In this document: positions 25,427-32,000 of the stretch, one piece after another
How the letters are laid out: each line of letters starts with the position of its first letter
Position numbering within the stretch: the stretch's first letter is position 1
NCBI GenBank assembly: GCA_000175855.1
Contig: ACYB01000031.1
Location: forward strand, 150,001 to 182,000
Length of the DNA stretch: 32,000 nt
Direction of reading: 5' to 3'
Source: Raphidiopsis brookii D9
Lineage (GTDB): Bacteria > Cyanobacteriota > Cyanobacteriia > Cyanobacteriales > Nostocaceae
Position numbers and translations under genes: made by a program
The notes under the pieces: generated by a model
Told to the model about the DNA's origin: nothing
The model's input: only the letters and a program-made list of their open reading frames with translations
Database searches by the model: none

Positions 25427-27316
25427 CTATTCCACCGTCACGGATTTAGCCAAATTCCTCGGTTGGTCTACATCTAAACCCCTGCGAGCTGCAATGTGAT
25501 AGGCTAATAATTGCAGGGGAATGACCGTCAAAATCGGTGATAAGATCTCCTCCACATTAGCAACAGGTATTAAATCATTAAATATTTCTGCTGCTTCTCC
25601 ATTATTGACAGAAGTTATCCCTATGAGTCGGGAATCCCTTGCTTTTGCTTCTTGCGCATTGGAAATCACCTTTTCATATACACTACCACCCATGGCGATC
25701 GCCACTACAGGAACTTTAGCATCCAATAGGGCAATTGGCCCATGTTTCATTTCTCCTGCGGGATATCCTTCAGCATGGATATAGCTAATCTCTTTTAACT
25801 TTAAAGCTCCTTCCAAAGCAATAGGAAAATTAATACCCCGCCCTAGAAAAAATAAAATCCCGGGTTTCCGAAAAATCATGCACCAGTTGTTCAATATATT
25901 TTCCTGGGTTTCTAAAATGGTTTCAATTTCTATAGGTAATTGACGTAAACCGGTAATAATATCCTGTATCCTTTGTAAACCAATAGTCTGACAACGATAA
26001 GCCAAATCCAAGGCCAAACCATAAAAAGCCATTAACTGGGCAATAAACGTCTTAGTTGCTGCTACACCAATTTCAATCCCTCCATGGGTATTAATCAAAC
26101 TACTGACCATTTGTCCCAAGCTGCTTTCTGGACGGTTGGTAATCCCCAATAGTCGAGCTTCATATCCCCCTGATTTACCCAGTCTCCGTTCCTTTTCCAT
26201 CGCTAAAGCTGCTAGGGTATCAGCAGTTTCTCCCGATTGAGTAACACCAATGGTTAGGGTATTAGCCATCAATGGTGATGGTGCATACCGAAATTCTGAA
26301 GCATATTGTACTTGAGTGGGAATTTCTGCCAACTGCTCTATTAAGTATTTCCCAACCAATGCTGCATGCCAACTTGTTCCACAAGCGACTATTTGAATTT
26401 GTGCCAGATCCGTATACAATTCTTCTGGCAGTCCTAAGTTTACTGGTGTATGGGAGTGATTGGGAAAATAGGACTCTAAGCAAGTTCTGACTACCCCCGG
26501 TTGCTCATATATTTCTTTGAGCATAAAATGCTTGAAACCCTGTTTTTCCACCATGATTGGATTCCAATCCAGGGTACGAGGATGTTTCTTTAATCTATTT
26601 CCAGCAAAATTATAAACCTCAACCCCCAAAGGAGTTAACCGGGCAATTTCCCCATTCTCTAGGGTCAATACCGCACGAGTATAGGGAACTATTGCTGGGG
26701 TGTCGGAAGCACAGAAAAACTCCCCTTGTCCAAAACCTATAACTAAGGGCGCCTGTTGACGAATCACAATCAACTCATCGGGAAAATCCGCACAAATAGC
26801 CGCGATCGCAAAAGCTCCCTCTAATTTACCCACTGCTGCTAACACTGCATCTAAAAATGCTGAATTGGATTTATGATTAGAGTTATTAGGAGATAAAACA
26901 TGCTTTAAACACTCTGCAAACAGATGGGGAATTACCTCCGTGTCCGTATCTGAACGAAATTTATGACCTAAGGTCTTTAAATATTCTCGCAGTTCACGGT
27001 AGTTTTCTATAATACCATTTTGTACTACGGCAATGCGTAGAGCAGTATCTTGATGAGGGTGGGCATTATATTCTTCGGGTTTACCATGGGTTGCCCAGCG
27101 GGTATGACCTATACCTAATTGAGCTGGGTTTTCTATTTGTTCTAGCTTGGAGCGTAAATTTACTAATTTACCCTTGGCTCGCACGCAACTAATATTACCT
27201 TCCCCAACTGTGGCAATTCCAGCTGAATCATAGCCTCTATACTCTAATTTTTCCAGTCCAGATAGTAAAATTTCCGTTGCTGTTTGAGTACCTATATAAC
27301 CTACGATTCCACACAT
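25427..27316 (-). CDS. glmS: glutamine--fructose-6-phosphate aminotransferase (contains a locally out-of-frame segment, see findings)
   Basis: MCGIVGYIG (N-terminal nucleophile Cys), two SIS domains (GTSWHAA, GVTQSGETADT), and C-terminal LKLKEISYIHAEGYPAGEMKHGP...AKSVTVE. Confidence 0.95.
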   Translation of the reverse strand: MCGIVGYIGTQTATEILLSGLEKLEYRGYDSAGIATVGEGNISCVRAKGKLVNLRSKLEQIENPAQLGIGHTRWATHGKPEEYNAHPHQDTALRIAVVQNGIIENYRELREYLKTLGHKFRSDTDTEVIPHLFAECLKHVLSPNNSNHKSNSAFLDAVLAAVGKLEGAFAIAAICADFPDELIVIRQQAPLVIGFGQGEFFCASDTPAIVPYTRAVLTLENGEIARLTPLGVEVYNFAGNRLKKHPRTLDWNPIMVEKQGFKHFMLKEIYEQPGVVRTCLESYFPNHSHTPVNLGLPEELYTDLAQIQIVACGTSWHAALVGKYLIEQLAEIPTQVQYASEFRYAPSPLMANTLTIGVTQSGETADTLAALAMEKERRLGKSGGYEARLLGITNRPESSLGQMVSSLINTHGGIEIGVAATKTFIAQLMAFYGLALDLAYRCQTIGLQRIQDIITGLRQLPIEIETILETQENILNNWCMIFRKPGILFFLGRGINFPIALEGALKLKEISYIHAEGYPAGEMKHGPIALLDAKVPVVAIAMGGSVYEKVISNAQEAKARDSRLIGITSVNNGEAAEIFNDLIPVANVEEILSPILTVIPLQLLAYHIAARRGLDVDQPRNLAKSVTVE

Positions 27317-27396
27317 TTTTTATACTACTCCAGCTATATTAATCCAATTGCGGTAATTATAACAAGCTTAATAATAACCATGATAAACTAATCTGT

Positions 27397-28230
27397 CTAA
27401 ATTTGACACTGGGGACAAAAGTGACTAGAACGCCCACTCAGTTTAGTCCTTTGGATCATGCTACCACAAACCTTACAGGGATCTCCCGCTCGGTTGTATA
27501 CCCAAGCTTCACCACCATAATTCCCATTTACACCTTTGACATTCAAAAAGTTACTAAAAGTGGTGCCACCAGCAGCTATACTAGCTGATAGAACTTCAAT
27601 TATGGCCATTCTTAAACTCCCTATCTGTTTTTCGTCTATGTTTGTGCAAATAGTAGTTGGTAAAATGCCACTTTTAAATAAGGCTTCATCAGCATAAATA
27701 TTACCTAAACCTGCTACTATAGACTGATCCAATAGGGCGGTTTTAATGGGACGACGAACCTTTGCCAGTTTAGTAGCCAAGTATTCAGGTGTGAACTCTA
27801 CAGCAAAGGGGTCAATTGCCAGTTTGCCTAAACCTGTTATGATTTCCTCCCTCACTACCCCACTTGGCACATGCCACATTTTCCCAAAAGTGCGTTGGTC
27901 TACAAACCGTAGTTCTTGCTCCTTGCCAAAAAACAATCTTACCCTGGTGTGTTTATGTAATGGTTCCTCTTGATTTAACCATAACAATTGTCCAGTCATG
28001 CGCAAATGTACACCCAACCAAGCAGAAGAAGAAAGCTCGGCCAGCAGATACTTCCCGCAACGGATCCAGGATTTAATGGTGTTACCTTTAATATCTCCAA
28101 TAAACTCCTCACCAGCAAAAGGATAAGCAACAGTACTTGCAAGCAAAACATCCCCACCAGTAATCGGTTGATGGAGCGTTAACTGATTTAAACCCCTACG
28201 GACTGTTTCAACTTCGGGCAATTCAGGCAT
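27397..28230 (-). CDS. mutM: formamidopyrimidine-DNA glycosylase
   Basis: MPELPEVETVRRGL (catalytic N-terminal Pro and Glu), H2TH region LLDQSIVAGLGNIYADEALF, and a C-terminal zinc finger CKVCG...RSSHFCPQCQ. Confidence 0.93.
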   Translation of the reverse strand: MPELPEVETVRRGLNQLTLHQPITGGDVLLASTVAYPFAGEEFIGDIKGNTIKSWIRCGKYLLAELSSSAWLGVHLRMTGQLLWLNQEEPLHKHTRVRLFFGKEQELRFVDQRTFGKMWHVPSGVVREEIITGLGKLAIDPFAVEFTPEYLATKLAKVRRPIKTALLDQSIVAGLGNIYADEALFKSGILPTTICTNIDEKQIGSLRMAIIEVLSASIAAGGTTFSNFLNVKGVNGNYGGEAWVYNRAGDPCKVCGSMIQRTKLSGRSSHFCPQCQI

Positions 28231-28353
28231 AGTTGGGTAGTTGCTGTTTGATCTTATGTCGGGGTTTCACCCCTCTGGTTTTACCGAAGGTCTTCACCCC
28301 AACATTTTTAGATAAGGTTTGATGGGTAGTGCTTATGCCTACAGCCAGTGGCT

Positions 28354-28554
28354 TTATTTACTGGGTGGTTGTACTTCCAATAATTCAGTCAGAGCGAAAT
28401 TATTAGTATTCACACCACTGTAATTGACATTGGGAAAACGCACAATCACAGGATATTTAATGCCACTTTTATCTACAGAAGCAACAGTACCTACTTCTTG
28501 AAACCAGTAGGACTCAGGACGAAGCACACGTACTTTAGAACCGCGTTGAACCAT
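28354..28554 (-). CDS. psaE: photosystem I reaction centre subunit IV
   Basis: [40 protein letters not shown]. 66 aa, a classic PsaE sequence. Confidence 0.95.
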   Translation of the reverse strand: MVQRGSKVRVLRPESYWFQEVGTVASVDKSGIKYPVIVRFPNVNYSGVNTNNFALTELLEVQPPSK

Positions 28555-28665
28555 GATATGTTACCTTTAAATGATCAATTGAAAGCAGGGCTATTTCTTT
28601 TCAGTCTAGAACTTTTTGTCCGATGGTCAAGAATCTGAATAAAATCTTAATGGCACTTAGCAATT

Positions 28666-29259
28666 CTATCTCCAAGTAATATAAGGTAACTGACTTGCTA
28701 CTGCTTTTACCTGTGCCGCATTAGCTACTAACTGTCCACAAGCATCCCAGGTCCCCGACACAAAGGCGGTTTTTGTTCCCTGACCCATAGCCACAGGTAG
28801 GATTAAATCATGAATTTGTACTTGCAAATTTTCCACATCTATGGTAACCAATGCCTGAGGATCTGCAGTCACTAATTCTTGTAACTGTCTAACTATGCCA
28901 GGTTCAGCGGTGACGCAGGGTATACCCATAGCTACACAGTTACCAAAAAAGATTTCAGCAAAGCTTTCACCAATAATCCCCCTAATACCCCATTTAGCCA
29001 ATGCTTGGGGGGCGTGTTCCCTAGATGAACCACAGCCAAAATTACGGTTGACTATTAATACTTTTGCCCCCTGATATTGGGGAAGATCAAAGGGATGTTG
29101 ACCATTTAAGGCTTTTCGGTCATCTATGAATGCTCCTTCCCCTAAACCGTCAAAGGTGATAGCTTTTAAGTAGCGGGCAGGTATAATCCTATCCGTGTCA
29201 ATATCATCTCCCACTAAAGGTAAGGCGCGATCGCTGATTTTGTTAATTTTATTTAGCAT
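28666..29259 (-). CDS. leuD: 3-isopropylmalate dehydratase small subunit
   Basis: [15 protein letters not shown] and [15 protein letters not shown]. 197 aa, immediately downstream of leuC. Confidence 0.93.
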   Translation of the reverse strand: MLNKINKISDRALPLVGDDIDTDRIIPARYLKAITFDGLGEGAFIDDRKALNGQHPFDLPQYQGAKVLIVNRNFGCGSSREHAPQALAKWGIRGIIGESFAEIFFGNCVAMGIPCVTAEPGIVRQLQELVTADPQALVTIDVENLQVQIHDLILPVAMGQGTKTAFVSGTWDACGQLVANAAQVKAVASQLPYITWR

Positions 29260-29296
29260 GTTTATGATCAGTAATTAACTTTAATTACATTTCTGT

Positions 29297-30715
29297 TCAG
29301 CTATTAGCTGATAAAAGTTCGCGCACATCCGCAACTTCACCCTTAATAGCAGCCGTTGCCACCATAGCGGGACTCATGAGCAGGGTGCGACCAGAAGCGG
29401 AACCCTGTCTACCCTTAAAGTTACGATTAGAGGAGGAGGCGCTAATTTGTCTTCCTTGTAATTTGTCGGGGTTCATAGCCAAACACATGGAACATCCCGG
29501 TTCGCGCCATTCAAAACCTGCTTGAATAAAAGATTTGATCCAACCCTTCAGCTTCAGCTTGTTTTTTTCACCCTTTCCGATCCAGGAACCACAAAGGCTT
29601 TCATACCCGGTGCAACTTGACGACCTTGGGCAATTTTTAGCTGCTTCCCTCAAATCGCTGATGCGTCCATTAGTGCAACTGCCAATAAAGCAAACATCTA
29701 TTTTTGTCCCTTGAATGGGTTGACCAGGGTAGAGATCCATATAGCGATAGGCTTCCTCCGCTACAAACCGGTCTTCTTCTGGTAGGTCTTGGGCGGCGGG
29801 TACTTTTTCATCTACCCCAATTCCCTGACCAGGAGTAATTCCCCAGGTGACTGTGGGTGGAATATCTTCCGCCCTAAATACTACCACATCATCATATTCC
29901 GCATCCTCATCACTCCGTAGAGATTGCCACCACTTTAAGGCTTCTTCCCAAGCTGCTTCTTTGGGGGCAAAGTCCTTATTTTTTAAATACTCATAAGTAA
30001 TTTCATCGGGATTTACATATCCGCACCTGGCACCACCCTCAATGGCCATATTACAAACGGTCATTCTTTCTTCCATGTTCATTTGTTCAAAGGTGGTTCC
30101 CGCATATTCATAAGCATAACCTACGCCACCTTTGACTCCCAGGGTGCGAATTATATGTAATATCACATCCTTCGCATAAACCCCCGGGGGAAGATTCCCA
30201 TTTACCTCAATTTTCCGCACCTTGAGTTTTGATAATGCTAAAGTTTGAGAAGCCAAAACATCACGCACCTGACTTGTGCCAATTCCAAAAGCGATCGCCC
30301 CAAAGGCACCATGACTGGATGTATGACTATCTCCACAGGCAATAGTCATACCCGGTTGTGTCAATCCTAATTCTGGTGCAATGACATGGACTATACCCTG
30401 ATTTCCCGAACCGATATTATAAAAAGTGATGTCATTTTCTTGACAATTTTTTTCCAAAGCACGGATCATTTCTTCTGCCATATTGTCCGCAAAAGGACGT
30501 ACTTGGTTATCTGTAGGGACAATATGATCTACCGTGGCCACAGTTCGGTGTGGGAACAATACCTTGAGACCCCTTTCCTTGAGCATAGCAAAGGCTTGGG
30601 GACTGGTAACCTCATGGATAAGATGGAGTCCGATAAACAGTTGGGTGAGTCCTGATGGAAGTGTGCCCACGGTGTGAATTTCCCAAACTTTGTCAAATAG
30701 AGTTCCCTTGCTCAT
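29297..30715 (-). CDS. leuC: 3-isopropylmalate dehydratase large subunit (the ORF is intact, but about 111 nt read in the wrong frame, see findings)
   Basis: [65 protein letters not shown]. Residues [36 protein letters not shown] do not look like LeuC. Confidence 0.88.
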   Translation of the reverse strand: MSKGTLFDKVWEIHTVGTLPSGLTQLFIGLHLIHEVTSPQAFAMLKERGLKVLFPHRTVATVDHIVPTDNQVRPFADNMAEEMIRALEKNCQENDITFYNIGSGNQGIVHVIAPELGLTQPGMTIACGDSHTSSHGAFGAIAFGIGTSQVRDVLASQTLALSKLKVRKIEVNGNLPPGVYAKDVILHIIRTLGVKGGVGYAYEYAGTTFEQMNMEERMTVCNMAIEGGARCGYVNPDEITYEYLKNKDFAPKEAAWEEALKWWQSLRSDEDAEYDDVVVFRAEDIPPTVTWGITPGQGIGVDEKVPAAQDLPEEDRFVAEEAYRYMDLYPGQPIQGTKIDVCFIGSCTNGRISDLREAAKNCPRSSSCTGYESLCGSWIGKGEKNKLKLKGWIKSFIQAGFEWREPGCSMCLAMNPDKLQGRQISASSSNRNFKGRQGSASGRTLLMSPAMVATAAIKGEVADVRELLSANS

Positions 30716-30790
30716 ACGCTCAATGCTATGTTTACTACTTAAAAGGAGTTCAATCTACTATCATATCAGATATATCAGAAAACTGGAACT

Positions 30791-31699
30791 TTAAAAACTG
30801 TTCGCAGCAGCACGCAAATTACCTTTATGTGCTGCTAGTAGCTGTTGAGCCTCCTGCTTATCCAAATTTTTCCAGTGCATCAGCAAAGCTAGTTTCACCC
30901 ACTTACCACTTCTTTCTAGTAAAGTCTCAGCTGCTTCCTTATTTAGGTCAGTCAAATCTCGTAATATCCTTAAAGCGCGGTCATGTAGTTTTTGATTAGT
31001 AACAGCAACATCCACCATGCGATTACCATAAACCTTGCCCAATTTCACCATCACACCGGTTGAAAGTATATTCAAAGCCAACTTTGTAGCCGTACCAGCC
31101 TTCAAGCGGGTGGAACCAGCCAAAATTTCCGGTCCAGTTAGTAGGCGAATATCCACATCCGCCTCAACAGCAACCTGTTGTGCGGGAACACAGGCAATAA
31201 AAATAGTTAAGGCACCTCGCTGACGTGCCCCATGCAAGGCTCCATGAACATAGGGGGTAGTTCCTCCAGCAGTGATACCCACCACCACATCGAGGGAATT
31301 CACCTGGTGTTGGATGATAGCATTTTCCCCATCCTCTGCCAAATCTTCCAAACCCTCAGAACTGCGTAACAAAGCACCCGCACCACCAGCAATAATCCCC
31401 TGTACCAAATCTGGAGGTGTGCAGAAAGTGGGTGGACATTCGGCCGCATCTAATACCCCTAATCTCCCACTTGTGCCCGCACCAATGTAAAATAACCTTC
31501 CCCCTTGATGTAGCTTGGCAGCTATTTGTTCGATAGCTGCTGCCAACTCCATTTTAGCACCAGCTATAGCAGATAAAGCTTTTTGATCTTCACTGTTGAA
31601 TAACTCTACCAGTTCCAGAGCATTAAGTTGGTCTAGATTTAAACTATGAGGATTTATCTGTTCTGTTAAAAGATGTCCGCGTTCTTGTAAGTTAGTCAT
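30791..31699 (-). CDS. murQ: N-acetylmuramic acid 6-phosphate etherase
   Basis: SIS-domain protein with GRLFYIGAGTSGRLGVLDAAECPPTF, GSTRLKAGTATKL and VDVAVTNQKLHDRA. 302 aa. Confidence 0.88.
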   Translation of the reverse strand: MTNLQERGHLLTEQINPHSLNLDQLNALELVELFNSEDQKALSAIAGAKMELAAAIEQIAAKLHQGGRLFYIGAGTSGRLGVLDAAECPPTFCTPPDLVQGIIAGGAGALLRSSEGLEDLAEDGENAIIQHQVNSLDVVVGITAGGTTPYVHGALHGARQRGALTIFIACVPAQQVAVEADVDIRLLTGPEILAGSTRLKAGTATKLALNILSTGVMVKLGKVYGNRMVDVAVTNQKLHDRALRILRDLTDLNKEAAETLLERSGKWVKLALLMHWKNLDKQEAQQLLAAHKGNLRAAANSF

Positions 31700-32000
31700 T
31701 TTCTATTTACTACCCAATTACCTACTATTATATATATCTGGGTATATCTGGGAATTGGTAATTTTCAAAACCTGCTAGAAATAGAAAAATTGGCGAATTG
31801 TGATTGAACATACAGAACTGAACCATAGATAACAGTTTGATAATTTACAGTGGATTAAAAAAATGCTAGGGATTCCCCTAGTTACAGCTTTATCCTTCAA
31901 AAAACATTAGAAAAACATTAGCTAAATTACTCACTTACAGTGATGAGCATGACAAGAATAAGATCAAAACGCCTCCGGCGTAAGCGGGGTTCTGCCCTTC

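Noticed and set aside
30655-30999. 114-aa plus-strand ORF spanning the leuC start and the murQ end
   Set aside because: It is antisense to two well-supported genes and is a shadow ORF. The other antisense ORFs inside glmS, mutM, metK, agrE and murQ in the track were rejected for the same reason.
31943-32000. Possible plus-strand gene start MSMTRIRSKRLRRKRGSAL running off the window edge
   Set aside because: Only 19 codons are visible. That is not enough to call a CDS or a product.
1-32000. CRISPR arrays, tRNA or rRNA genes, IS elements or transposases
   Set aside because: I saw no regularly spaced direct repeats, no cloverleaf-compatible tRNA ends other than the tmRNA tRNA-like domain, and no transposase- or integrase-like ORF on either strand.

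Overview
The window looks like chromosomal DNA from a filamentous (Nostocales-like) cyanobacterium. Support: about 20 copies of the HIP1 octamer GCGATCGC, psaE, crtR, an agrE/argZ-type fused arginine dihydrolase, and a one-piece tmRNA with tag ANNIVKFARKEALVAA. Most of it is ordinary housekeeping: obg (partial), an RRM-type rbp, crtR, an hsp70-like gene, metK, agrE, ssrA, purQ, glmS, mutM, psaE, leuD, leuC and murQ. Three things stand out. (1) A strongly AT-rich, HIP1-poor two-gene cassette at about 17.6-24.4 kb on the minus strand sits between ssrA and purQ. It encodes a 958-aa protein with no motif I recognise, followed by a 1209-aa P-loop/SF2-helicase-like protein, and I see no integrase, methyltransferase or CRISPR nearby. 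This is my best candidate for an undescribed system, possibly anti-phage defence. (2) The class II ribonucleotide reductase gene nrdJ is split by a 1962-nt group II intron with splice sites I could map to the base (4648..6609). Its intron-encoded protein has lost the YADD catalytic motif and RT blocks 1-2, so it is probably maturase-only. (3) leuC and glmS each hold a short segment that reads as conserved protein only in another frame, and every shift sits on a homopolymer run. A similar -1-frame continuation follows an A6 run at the end of the 958-aa gene. These are either real compensated frameshifts or homopolymer miscalls in the assembly.
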